Below, piece after piece: positions 1 to 11,649 of a stretch of 45,228 nucleotides of DNA (position 1 is its first letter; the number at the start of each line of letters is the position of its first letter). The DNA is taken from contig NC_068983.1 of NCBI RefSeq assembly GCF_001194135.2, positions 69,629,456-69,674,683 on the forward strand, in the 5' to 3' direction. Made by a program: the position numbers and the translations under genes. The notes below the pieces were generated by a model, which saw nothing but the letters and a program-made list of their open reading frames with translations, did not search any database and was not told the origin of the DNA. The stretch is from Octopus bimaculoides. Lineage: Eukaryota.

Positions 1-46
<46 letters not shown>

Positions 47-54
47 GTTGTTGT
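1..54. repeat. (TTA)n/(TTG)n microsatellite
   Basis: Directly visible trinucleotide run abutting an R4/Dong 3' end. Confidence 0.95.
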
Positions 55-214
55 TCAGTAGTTTTATTTTTATAACGTGCTTTCACTTCACTACCGAACG
101 CAGCTCTGTGTGCCTTGGATATGTGCTGTGGTTTGCTGTGATGCTCTTACGGTTACTGTATTGAAAGTGTTTTGCGTAGGATGTGTGCAGTGAGCAGTAG
201 TGCAATTTTCTGTA

Positions 215-219
<5 letters not shown>
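55..219 (-). mobile_element. 5'-truncated 3' end of an R4/Dong-clade non-LTR retrotransposon
   Basis: Minus strand encodes NIQKIALLLTAHILRKTLSIQ* (stop at 153-155), matching the 'QKxALLGTAxILRKxL' C-terminus of R4-clade ORFs. Flanked by (TTA)n on both sides; near-identical copy from 9870. Confidence 0.8.
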
Positions 220-257
<38 letters not shown>

Positions 258-329
258 TCTCTTTTCGATTTCTTATAATTCTGGTGTTCTAAATAACCAC
301 TGACACACCAACAGTAACAGCAATAATAA

Positions 330-510
330 TGGTTTCAAATTTTGGCACAAGGCCAGCAATTTTGGGGTAGGGGTTTAGTCGATTACATCGGTGTTCAACT
401 GGTACCTATTTTATCGACCCCGAAGGATGAAGGACAAAGTCGATCGACCTCGGTAGAATTTGAACTCGGAACGTAAGGAGGGACGAAACGCCGCTAAGCA
501 TTTTGCCCGG
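330..510 (-). mobile_element. tRNA-derived SINE family A, head-truncated
   Basis: Matches the recurring body 'gtcgattacatcg...tttatcgaccccgaaaggatgaaaggcaaagtcgacctcggcggaatttgaactc'; tail variant 'tggtttcaaattttggcacaaggcc'. Confidence 0.85.
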
Positions 511-552
511 CAACAGTAACAACAACAACAGCAACAACAACAATAATAATAA

Positions 553-767
553 TCCTTTGTGTTATAGGCTCAAGGCTTGAAATTTGAGGGGAGGGAATTA
601 GTCGATCACATCGACCCCAGTGGTTCACTAGTATTTAATTTATCGACCCTGAAAGAATGGAAGGCAAAGTCGACCTGGGCAGAATTTGAACTCAGAGCAT
701 AAGGACAGGTGAAATACCGCTAAGCATTTCGCCCGGCGTGCTAACGATTCTGCCAGCACGTCGCCTT
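553..767 (-). mobile_element. tRNA-derived SINE family A, full length
   Basis: Minus-strand head with A-box-like TGGCAGAATCGTT and B-box GAGTTCAAATTC; (TTA)n/(TTG)n tail; flanked by (CAA)n runs. Confidence 0.9.
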
Positions 768-1039
768 AACAACAACAACAACAACAACAACAACAATAAT
801 AGTAATTACTACATAAAATGTAAGAATAATGAAATAATCACATAAATGAGAACAATATAAACAAGGACGGCAACGAAGACAGCAGCAGCAGCAGTAGCAG
901 CAGCAACAACCACAACAACAATAAAAACAGCATTTAACAACAAACCAACAAAACCTACATCAACCGACAGAAAAATATCAACAGTGACATCCACAACAGT
1001 CACAACCACATTGACAGTAAGAACTGGAGGAACCTGTGT

Positions 1040-1550
1040 GTGTGGTCTCGCTACCTGTTAAGATTAGCAGCCAAATCGCTCTTGAATCATATTTTACCGT
1101 GTTTATTAAGAACAACATACATTAAGATAATAGTCTTACATATCGTTTAAAAATAAAATGACGGAATGGTCACGAGAGGAATGTCTCTGATCATAGGTCT
1201 GCTTGACCAGGGCCGTCCTGTGATGAGAACAGTTAGGGTAATTACTACATCAACAACACAATAATAAAAAGAAAAGAAAAACAATCATGACCACAACAGT
1301 TACAAGAAGAACCACATAAACAAAGGCAATAACACCAGCATCAAATAACAGGGCTGTAGGTGGTCGCACGACTTCCTAGAAATAGCAGCTAAATCTCTCT
1401 CAAAACACATCACCACCGTCTCCCGAAGAGGGTACGTTGGAGAATGAAATCCTGTGTATCTTGTATATATATAGGAAGACGACGGAGTGGTTACGGCTGG
1501 AAGGCTTTTGATCATAAGTCTGCTTGATCGGGTTTGACCTGGGGTGGGGG
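1040..1550 (+). repeat. Two copies of unclassified interspersed repeat family E (~200 bp; about 1040-1232 and 1355-1550)
   Basis: Shared motifs 'tagaaatagcagccaaatct' and 'ggtcacggctggaatg..tttgatcataggtctgcttga..aggg'. Further copies near 5948-6050, 16785-16970, 17995-18190, 24700-24845, 30120-30237 (minus), 32700-32765 and 38025-38090. Confidence 0.7.
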
Positions 1551-1784
1551 TTGATAATTCGACAACAAAAACAAAAACAGTAACAAAAACACGAAACAGT
1601 GGTAACAAAACAGCGACATCTACAAGAGCGAGCGAGCGAGCGAGCGACGACAGCGACATCTATAACAACAATAAGAACATTAACCATAACTGTAAACATA
1701 ACAACCACCACCACCACCAAAACCACCACCACCACCACCACCACAAACACCACCACCACCACCACCACCACAAACACCACCACC

Positions 1785-2693
1785 NNNNNNNNNNNNNNNN
1801 NNNNNNNNNNNNNNNNNNNNNNNNNNNNNNNNNNNNNNNNNNNNNNNNNNNNNNNNNNNNNNNNNNNNNNNNNNNNNNNNNNNNNNNNNNNNNNNNNNNN
1901 NNNNNNNNNNNNNNNNNNNNNNNNNNNNNNNNNNNNNNNNNNNNNNNNNNNNNNNNNNNNNNNNNNNNNNNNNNNNNNNNNNNNNNNNNNNNNNNNNNNN
2001 NNNNNNNNNNNNNNNNNNNNNNNNNNNNNNNNNNNNNNNNNNNNNNNNNNNNNNNNNNNNNNNNNNNNNNNNNNNNNNNNNNNNNNNNNNNNNNNNNNNN
2101 NNNNNNNNNNNNNNNNNNNNNNNNNNNNNNNNNNNNNNNNNNNNNNNNNNNNNNNNNNNNNNNNNNNNNNNNNNNNNNNNNNNNNNNNNNNNNNNNNNNN
2201 NNNNNNNNNNNNNNNNNNNNNNNNNNNNNNNNNNNNNNNNNNNNNNNNNNNNNNNNNNNNNNNNNNNNNNNNNNNNNNNNNNNNNNNNNNNNNNNNNNNN
2301 NNNNNNNNNNNNNNNNNNNNNNNNNNNNNNNNNNNNNNNNNNNNNNNNNNNNNNNNNNNNNNNNNNNNNNNNNNNNNNNNNNNNNNNNNNNNNNNNNNNN
2401 NNNNNNNNNNNNNNNNNNNNNNNNNNNNNNNNNNNNNNNNNNNNNNNNNNNNNNNNNNNNNNNNNNNNNNNNNNNNNNNNNNNNNNNNNNNNNNNNNNNN
2501 NNNNNNNNNNNNNNNNNNNNNNNNNNNNNNNNNNNNNNNNNNNNNNNNNNNNNNNNNNNNNNNNNNNNNNNNNNNNNNNNNNNNNNNNNNNNNNNNNNNN
2601 NNNNNNNNNNNNNNNNNNNNNNNNNNNNNNNNNNNNNNNNNNNNNNNNNNNNNNNNNNNNNNNNNNNNNNNNNNNNNNNNNNNNNNNNNNNNN
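1785..2693. other. Assembly gap (N-run)
   Basis: N bases between (CAC)n and (TA)n. Other gaps: 3440-4238, 10162-10457, 21655-22184, 22379-22388, 28270-28279, 30495-30504, 31411-31890, 41348-41357, 43558-43583. Confidence 1.
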
Positions 2694-2743
<50 letters not shown>

Positions 2744-3096
2744 GCATGCATACACACGCGCGCACAGTTTAAATTAACACAAGCAAACACACACGTACGT
2801 ACCAGCATACAGAAATACACGCATATGCACACACACAAACGTGTGTATGTCTGTATGCAAATATTTATATACAGAGAGCGCATTCATCACAACAAAAAAC
2901 ACCTTCAGTGATACACAGTAAATTTAATATCTATTAGTTTCAAATATAAACACCATTTAAAATACATAAATGTCTTCGTAAAAAAACAAATTTAAGATAG
3001 GAAAAGAACAAATCGCCTGACAAGTAATTATAAACATACACACACACACACGAACACATAGGCACACACATACATATAAGCAGTCACTCTATCTAC

Positions 3097-3135
<39 letters not shown>

Positions 3136-3145
3136 CCTTTATTTT

Positions 3146-3208
<63 letters not shown>

Positions 3209-4238
3209 ATCCTTTATGTATGTAACATGCATGCAAGTATATTTATTTGGATAGATATATATATATATACACACAAACATACATATGTATGCATGTCTTA
3301 TGTCTGTGTGCGTACCTTTGTTTATATATGCATATCTTCTTATCTATAGATATATGCATGTATGTGTGTGTGTGTATGTGTGTGTGTGTATCTCTCGCTC
3401 TCTCACTTTATGTATATATACATACACACACACACACACNNNNNNNNNNNNNNNNNNNNNNNNNNNNNNNNNNNNNNNNNNNNNNNNNNNNNNNNNNNNN
3501 NNNNNNNNNNNNNNNNNNNNNNNNNNNNNNNNNNNNNNNNNNNNNNNNNNNNNNNNNNNNNNNNNNNNNNNNNNNNNNNNNNNNNNNNNNNNNNNNNNNN
3601 NNNNNNNNNNNNNNNNNNNNNNNNNNNNNNNNNNNNNNNNNNNNNNNNNNNNNNNNNNNNNNNNNNNNNNNNNNNNNNNNNNNNNNNNNNNNNNNNNNNN
3701 NNNNNNNNNNNNNNNNNNNNNNNNNNNNNNNNNNNNNNNNNNNNNNNNNNNNNNNNNNNNNNNNNNNNNNNNNNNNNNNNNNNNNNNNNNNNNNNNNNNN
3801 NNNNNNNNNNNNNNNNNNNNNNNNNNNNNNNNNNNNNNNNNNNNNNNNNNNNNNNNNNNNNNNNNNNNNNNNNNNNNNNNNNNNNNNNNNNNNNNNNNNN
3901 NNNNNNNNNNNNNNNNNNNNNNNNNNNNNNNNNNNNNNNNNNNNNNNNNNNNNNNNNNNNNNNNNNNNNNNNNNNNNNNNNNNNNNNNNNNNNNNNNNNN
4001 NNNNNNNNNNNNNNNNNNNNNNNNNNNNNNNNNNNNNNNNNNNNNNNNNNNNNNNNNNNNNNNNNNNNNNNNNNNNNNNNNNNNNNNNNNNNNNNNNNNN
4101 NNNNNNNNNNNNNNNNNNNNNNNNNNNNNNNNNNNNNNNNNNNNNNNNNNNNNNNNNNNNNNNNNNNNNNNNNNNNNNNNNNNNNNNNNNNNNNNNNNNN
4201 NNNNNNNNNNNNNNNNNNNNNNNNNNNNNNNNNNNNNN

Positions 4239-4275
<37 letters not shown>

Positions 4276-4415
4276 TGCAGTTATTTAAATTGGCATCTGT
4301 ATACATACATGCATACACAAATACATGGTTATTTAAAAATGTACACGGAGTGTATATGTATGTATCAGTTCTATTTATAACTAGTGACATTCATGGTTAT
4401 ACAAGACACACACTC

Positions 4416-4495
<80 letters not shown>

Positions 4496-4623
4496 GTCTG
4501 TCTGTCTGCTTGTCTGTCTATTTCACTGTCTTTGTTTGCATACATATACATAGATACACATACGTACGCACACGCACACACAAATATATGTATACATATG
4601 TATATATTTATATATACATATAT

Positions 4624-4684
<61 letters not shown>

Positions 4685-4713
4685 TGTATATATTTGCATA
4701 AACATACACACAA

Positions 4714-4748
<35 letters not shown>

Positions 4749-4977
4749 CATATCTAGGAAGATGTCCGCATTAATGTGTGTGTGTGTATGTATGTATGTA
4801 TGTATGTATATGCATGTAAGCAGACAAATTAATTGATAGACACAAAGAAAGAAAGGAAGAAAGAAAGAAAGAGGGAAAGAAAGAACGATAGATAAATGTT
4901 TCGTATAACCGTGAATTTCACTAGTTATAAATACATATGTGTGTGTGTAACAAGTGACATTCATGATTATACGAAAC

Positions 4978-5024
<47 letters not shown>

Positions 5025-5385
5025 CATCTTTCTTGTTTTCTTTCTTTCTGTCTATCAATTCGTTTACATACATACATACACACATAGACATACTTACATA
5101 CGCACACATGCGCACACATTAATATACATATGTGTGTATATGTAAATGCATACATATGTACGTATGTATGTATATATATACACACACACATACACACACA
5201 CATACACACACACATATGCAGCACCATACAAAATTGCTTGAACGTATGTATATTCTCTTTGTGTTTGACGAGAGACTCTAGTATCGCTACTGTTACTCAC
5301 ATACGTCCTCAGACTGCAGACACGCATACATATGCACATGCAGACTACTGCCATTCGCGAAAGCACGCGTACACTTATATGTGTG

Positions 5386-5440
<55 letters not shown>

Positions 5441-5526
5441 TTATATATATATATATATATATATTATATGTGTGTGTGTATGTATGTGTGTGTATACATC
5501 TGTGTATGCGTATGTGGGTGTTCGTG

Positions 5527-5557
<31 letters not shown>

Positions 5558-5730
5558 GTGTATGAGTTGTGTATGTATATGTGTCTATTGTGTAATGCAT
5601 AATGTATTTCTTATAATGATCCACTATGCAAAGAGCACTTATAAAATATGCTTGTCAACAGGCACACACACGCACACACACACACGCACACACGCACATA
5701 CATGCACACATACACTCGCGCACGCGCGCA
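2694..5730. repeat. Compound microsatellite field: (TA)n, (CA)n, (TATC)n, (TTTC)n, (TATG)n, (AG)n
   Basis: Directly visible; source of the YIYI/HTHT/LSIY pseudo-ORFs. Confidence 0.95.
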
Positions 5731-6714
5731 GGCATTTTAAGTTATGAATGTTTAAGTTTCAAATCTAGATGCCAAGTCGAATGTATACAAGGTATTGATT
5801 TCGTATATTGGTGTACAAGGCATATTCAGAATTTATAAGGCATTATTAGTATGAAAATTATAATGTTAATCACATGTGAATTTGTGAAATTGTGAAATTG
5901 TGAAATTTTGAATAGACAATAACTGAGCTAGTAAACTGAAGCGATAGCTTCGACCTGGTTAGAAATAGCAACCAAATCTCTCACAAAACTACACCCTGCC
6001 GTCAGAAAACCAAAATATTACACGAGATAATGGATCTCTAGGTAGACTATTCTTGTTGGAAAAGTAAAAAAAAAAACACTGTAAAAGTGTGGCTAGCACG
6101 CTTTTGAATAGTGTGCAAGTGTGCTCAATGAGGTGATGAGGGACGCTAGCTAAATAACGACTGTAACAATAGAAGATATCTGCAGTTTCTTCCTCAAACG
6201 TAAGATTCTCATTACAAAATCGATTAAGATTCGCAATTTGAATGATTGGTGTTGTATATAATCTGCATATAATGTTTTACTCATACAGAGGTCGGTCGAA
6301 GCAGTTGACAGTTCTCATTTGCAATGCTTTCGTTCGTAGCTGTGTGGGATTAAAGAATTGTCTTCAGTTTGAGAAAGTACCTCTAGCCAGCGTCATTAGT
6401 TCACCTCTTTCTGTAACTGATATTTGGACGCTGGAGAAATACGTGGAAGATACTCAGATTAACTGTATCTTTTCATCAGTACTAGACTTAATCTGTCGCC
6501 CGGTTTAACACCACAACCTTGTCCTTTTGATATTCCTTTAGTGTACCTTTAGTGAAATCCTCACTGTTACCAGTATTCGGACCAAGTCCATGGAGTCTGA
6601 AAATCAATCCTTGGCTATTCCTCTAGTAGAATTGAGGGGCATGCAAAACGCTGTAGGCGCTGCTCATCTAACTCAGCAAATATGCATGCATGAACGCATA
6701 ATACATGTACGTAA

Positions 6715-6745
<31 letters not shown>

Positions 6746-7069
6746 TGTGTGTGTGTGTGAGTGTGCGCGCGCGAGAGAGAGTGCGCGCGTGTATGTATGT
6801 ATGAATGTATGTATGTATGTATGTGGATATTATTATTTAGCTTCATTTCTTGATTTCATGTCAATGAGGACAAATAAGTTTCGAACCTAGATCCCATGTT
6901 CCTTCATTGGAATTTGAACAATATCAACAGGCCAGATGTGCACGTGTGCGTGTGCATATGTGCAAGTATTTGGAGTTATGTATATATATGTGCATGTATG
7001 TATGCATGTATGTATGTATTATGTATGTATGCATGTATGTATGTATGTATGAATATAAATGCTGAGGTC

Positions 7070-7700
7070 ATGGCTTGCATGATCCAAGTTGACATCATCG
7101 CTTTTCTGGCAGAATCTCCAACAGAAGCAGAGGTCTAGAAAGCAATTAAGCGTCTCTCAAATGATAAGGCGCCAGACTCAGACTCCATTTCAACTGAAAT
7201 ATACAAGGCAGGGGGACCAGCCTTGGCACAGAAGCTCGCGAATCTCTTTCAGACCATGTGCGACTGCTTCACGACAGTTTTCTCACTCGAGTAGTGGAAG
7301 GGGGAGATTCTTCCGACGTGTCCCCAGTCACTTACGGAGTCAAGCAGGGCTGTATACTCGCACTTACGCTGTTCAGCATGATGTTCTCTGCCATGCTGTC
7401 GGGTGCCTTCTGCATTGACGACGAAACCAACATCAAAAGCAGATTCAGGACTGATAGCAGACTCTTCAATCTGCAGAGGCTACAGGTGAAGACCAAAGTG
7501 GAAGAGGGCTCAGCGTGCGACTTCCTGATCGCTGACGACTGTTCACTCAACGTCGTCACACAGGTCCAGATTCAGTAGAGCAGGAATTGCTTTTCCACTG
7601 CCTGCAACAACTTTGGTTTCACAATCAATACTCAGTACCAACCTACCCCACAGAAGCCGTATGTGGAACTCAGGTATCGTGATGGGTGAGGAAGAGCTTA
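7070..7700 (+). mobile_element. Decayed RTE-clade LINE reverse transcriptase fragment
   Basis: Translates with stops and frameshifts to 'PTEAEV*KAIKRLSNDKAPDSDSISTEIYKAGGPALAQKLANLFQTM', then 'VTYGVKQGCILALTLFSMMFSAML...RTDSRLFNLQRLQVKTKVEE..CDFLIADDCSL' (GVxQG and FADD-type motifs; 'DGxLFNLxRL' is typical of RTE). Confidence 0.9.
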
Positions 7701-7779
7701 AGTCATTCAGTTCTCAATCCACACTTTATCTTTCCCTGTCTAGCTGCAGTTTGTTTATATCGTATACCTGTTCATAGTT

Positions 7780-8600
7780 GGTCATTCGAAGGACTATGAT
7801 CTTTATATTGTCTCAGAGAAAAATATGAAACATTGGCTTTTTCTTACATGTTATGCTTGGATATACATGTCTGGAAGAAAGTATTTTTGTCTGTTATTTT
7901 CTTGGTTATACATCAAGCTGTGTAGGTAGTCGTTGCTCTTTCGGAGTATTGTAAGGTTGAGTATCTTCGTAAGAATAAGCACCTCTTCTTGAGTTGAGCC
8001 TTGTACTATTTTTTCTTAAGCTCCTTGTTTTTCTGTGCTTCAAAAACGTTTTCGGCCTTCATAGACAATTTGCCAACCTTCATTTCATATCGAACATCAC
8101 CGTTCGCTGGAGGTGGTGCTCTTAGGAGTGCCGTGATCGCAGGTACCTTGAGAACACTAGATTTTGTGGTCTGTTGTAGTTACTGTTTCTACTGGTCCCG
8201 TGTCTGTTCTTTCAGCCTCCCCCGGAAAAATAATTGAAGTGTTCTTACAATCAGACGTGTAGCAGCTGGATTTTCTGCCCTACGCCGCCAATCTCTGGAC
8301 GCTTGTTTTGTACCATGATGGAGGACATCTCCGAGAAGGCTCTGTGGCTTTTAGGGTTCGTAAGAACTTTTATGTTTGTAAAGACCCAATCTGACTACAT
8401 ATATATAGTTCTTAGTTTCAACTGTTCTTTTAAGGGCAATAGTAGAATCCCTTATTCGCAAGCATTGGTAAGTTACTTCTCTTCTAACCCATTCTTGCAT
8501 AAATCCCCCAAACTTTAGACAAGGAGTTATATTCTTAGCGACAAATCACTGCCATGTTGTTGTTTTTGTTTCTCCAGACTCTCCTCGGTAATATTTATTA
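7780..8600 (-). mobile_element. Possible decayed LINE ORF1-like remnant
   Basis: Non-microsatellite, purine-rich minus strand with a frameshifted stretch 'MSSIMVQNKRPEI...GRKSSCYTSDCK' loosely resembling a G-R-x-P-x-C zinc-knuckle region; weak. Confidence 0.25.
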
Positions 8601-9344
8601 CTTCCCTTTGGCTTGTAACGCCAGCGAAAGAGTTGTTAATGCGTTTGTTTGTGTCGCGTAAACAAATATTTTTTATTTATTATAATTGTGTTATTTTCTC
8701 ATTTTATAAAATATATGCGTCTACCAGTTTAATTAGTTATTTTTTCTGTTTGTACTCTGTATTTTAGGACTAAATTTAGCTATCTTGCGGGCATTTCCCG
8801 CTGTTCAACTATAAGAAGCCACGTTGAAAAGATATGTAAACACACGAAATTAAAGTTATATAGCTAAAAATAGAACTTTTTCGCCTCAGGTATTGAAGAC
8901 AAACTCCCATGCATTCATAATGTTATCCGTTTGAAAATAATCCAAGAAAACAAAAACCTTTGATTCGGTGAACGTGGCATAATATCTAATACTATTGAAG
9001 CTTTCAAAAAAATACGTTCGTTGAGGAAAAATAACCCCAGAAAAACTTCAATAGTAATCACAACAGTAACAATTTAACAACAACAACAACCAGCAGCAGC
9101 AGCAACAATAACATTCGCTTCGAACGTAGGCACAAGAGCAGACATTTAACAGGACAGATTAGTTGATTAAAACGACCCCACTAATTTACTGGTAATTTAC
9201 CCTATTGTTGATGCAGAAAAGAAATCAATTAGACAAGTAGTGCAGATCGGAAATCACACATATGATATGTCTCGGTTTCAAGGGACTGGAAAAGTAGAGA
9301 AAAAGAGACAGGGTGAAGTACAGCATCAGAGCTAATAATAATAC

Positions 9345-9775
9345 CAGCAGGTCCCATAATAACCCCATAACTACAATTAAGCTCATCTTAAAGGAATCAG
9401 AACTCCTAAAATCGTAAAAAATCGTTCTTAGGATTTTCTGCAGAATACAGCAAACCAATGATAATTCCACAATTCCAATATGCTTCAGCCTGTAATATGT
9501 CAGTTGCAAGCGGTGTACCGAGTGCTTTTGTCACCTCAGGAATAATTTTCCCCTTTGTGTTCCACGATATCGTTATACCTCTAGCTAGAACCTGATATTT
9601 CACAGTATTCTCACTTTCTTTGATATCGACTCTACTGTCCTATGAAATTGCAATGTCAGTGATTTTAGTTTTTTTCTTCCTTCCTCGATCATAACTACAC
9701 TCTTTGTTTCAAGAGTATGATCAGTTTCTATGGAGAAATCCCATAAAATTGTCATTCATCATGACAGCATCAGGT
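9345..9775 (-). mobile_element. Older R4/Dong-type RLE endonuclease domain remnant
   Basis: Minus strand: 'TILWDFSIETDHTLE...KITDIAIS*DSRVDIKESENTVKYQVLARGITISWNTKGKIIPEVTKALGT...ILQKILRT', matching the ILWDF/IIDIAVP/KExEKxxKY/ALG pattern of RLE-type non-LTR elements. Confidence 0.85.
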
Positions 9776-9780
9776 TTACT

Positions 9781-9811
9781 GTTGTTGCTGTCGTTGTTGA
9801 TATTATTGTTG

Positions 9812-9870
<59 letters not shown>
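9781..9870. repeat. (TTG)n-(TTA)n microsatellite
   Basis: Directly visible; separates two R4-type remnants. Confidence 0.95.
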
Positions 9871-9873
<3 letters not shown>

Positions 9874-10161
9874 TAGTTTTATTTTTATAACGTGCTTTCA
9901 CTTCACTACCGAGCGCAGCTCTGTGCGCCTTGGGTATGTGCTGTGGTTTGCTGTGGTGCTCTTATGTTTACTGTATTGAAAGTGTTTTGCGTAGAATGTG
10001 TGCAGTACCCAGTAGTGCAATTTTCTGTATGTTATATATATATATATTTGTAAGTCCTGGTGTTTTTGTTATGTATTTGTCTTATGTGTGCAGTACCCAG
10101 TAGTGCAATTTTCTGTATGTTATATATATATATTTGTAAGTCCTGGTGTTTTTGTTATGTA
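9870..10161 (-). mobile_element. Young R4/Dong-clade 3' end running into a gap
   Basis: Near-identical to 55-219 and extends further 5' (YITKTPGLTNIY...IQKIALLGTAHILRKTLSIQ*). Confidence 0.85.
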
Positions 10162-10457
10162 NNNNNNNNNNNNNNNNNNNNNNNNNNNNNNNNNNNNNNN
10201 NNNNNNNNNNNNNNNNNNNNNNNNNNNNNNNNNNNNNNNNNNNNNNNNNNNNNNNNNNNNNNNNNNNNNNNNNNNNNNNNNNNNNNNNNNNNNNNNNNNN
10301 NNNNNNNNNNNNNNNNNNNNNNNNNNNNNNNNNNNNNNNNNNNNNNNNNNNNNNNNNNNNNNNNNNNNNNNNNNNNNNNNNNNNNNNNNNNNNNNNNNNN
10401 NNNNNNNNNNNNNNNNNNNNNNNNNNNNNNNNNNNNNNNNNNNNNNNNNNNNNNNNT

Positions 10458-10793
10458 CTGATAAGGGTACACCAGGCACATGCATCACAACCACGTGTGC
10501 ACGACATGGTGATCTCATATCAAGATAAACAGCGCATGACCTCGCAGGTGGGGCCCAGTTAGAATTTTCTTCAGGTCGAGTAGCCCATCCCGCTCAAAAG
10601 GTTCCCGAATAAGGTTTGTTTAAGGATGTTGAGCAAAACACCCATGTTTCCAAAAATGAATTATTCAAACCCCAAAGAATTCCTCTCAACACATGGCTAT
10701 GATGCTCCTCCACTACTTCTGCTCGTGATCAGAGATGCACATATCATCAGCCACCAAGGGACATGCTCATGCTGTAGCTCATCTTTTTATACA
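10458..10793 (-). mobile_element. Probable 5' region of the same R4/Dong-like element
   Basis: Non-simple, GC-richer block on the far side of the gap. Assignment as the 5'UTR is inference from adjacency and recalled repeat structure. Confidence 0.45.
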
Positions 10794-10833
10794 GCAGAAG
10801 CAACAACAACAACAACAACAACAGTAATAAATG

Positions 10834-10962
10834 CCAGGCAGTGGCTCTCATGGCTTCTGATCTTAACTGATTCGAAGTGTTATCATGTACATTGTTTTGT
10901 CTTGGTATAAAAGATGGGCTACAGCAAATATTCTGCTTAGTACCACAGATTTGCTTGTCAGT
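10834..10962 (+). mobile_element. Inverted piece of the same repeat
   Basis: 10905-10926 is the reverse complement of 10770-10792 (1 mismatch, 1 indel). Confidence 0.55.
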
Positions 10963-10996
10963 TATTGTTGTTGTTGTTGTTGTTATAATTATTATT

Positions 10997-11212
10997 AAGG
11001 CAGCTACGTGGCAGAATCGTTAGCACGCCACGCGAAATGCTAAATGGCATTTCGTCTGTATTTATGTTCTGAGTTCAAATTCCGCCGAGGTCGACTTCAC
11101 CTTTCATCCTTTCGAAGTCGATAAATTAAGTACCAGTGAAACACTGGAGTCTTTGTAATCGACTACTCCCCTCCTCCCAAATTTCAGGCCTTGTGCCTAT
11201 AGCAGAAAGGAT
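10997..11212 (+). mobile_element. SINE family A, full length
   Basis: A-box TGGCAGAATCGTT, B-box GAGTTCAAATTCC, tail 'ggccttgtgcctatagcagaaagga' followed by (TTA)n. Confidence 0.92.
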
Positions 11213-11213
11213 C

Positions 11214-11256
<43 letters not shown>

Positions 11257-11649
11257 CGGTAGTAGTAGTAGTAGTAGTAATAGTAGTTATTGTTGTAGTT
11301 CTTGTTGACAAATGTATTTTTGCTTCTTTATTTTCCTTCTCTCCCCTTGCTCTGCCCTTCTCCAATATTTTCAATTTTACAACGATTCATGTTTTGAGAA
11401 AAAGGAATCTTTTATTCACAAATGGCTAAAGATGGCTTCTTCTGATGAGATAGCATTTAGAGGTGCTCTCCACAAACACTGTAGCAGCATACATGGCTCG
11501 AAGAATCTCGAAGACAATTTTGTTGAAATTTGTAAAAACAAATAAATTGTTTATTTTTAAAAAAAAACAACAGTGCAGAGCAGATGATGTTCTCTGAAGT
11601 ACATGTAATGTATTGTTTTTGCAAGTCTTGTGTTTAGCTACATTTTTCA

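Noticed and set aside
1400-4553. Long 300-455 aa ORFs in the track
   Set aside because: Composed of N-runs translated as X plus dinucleotide/trinucleotide repeats. The same applies to ORFs over 10060-10562, 21551-22579 and 31377-32018.
5875-5912. (TTGTGAAA)x4 tandem repeat
   Set aside because: Ordinary short slippage repeat with no spacers.
9996-10161. ~88-bp tandem duplication inside the R4 3' end
   Set aside because: Near-identical and directly abutting a gap, differing only in (TA)n length; typical contig-end assembly artefact.
11442-11480. CTGATGA followed by a 7/8-bp stem (hammerhead or C/D-box candidate)
   Set aside because: No GAAA after the stem, and no convincing terminal stem or D-box geometry for a snoRNA.
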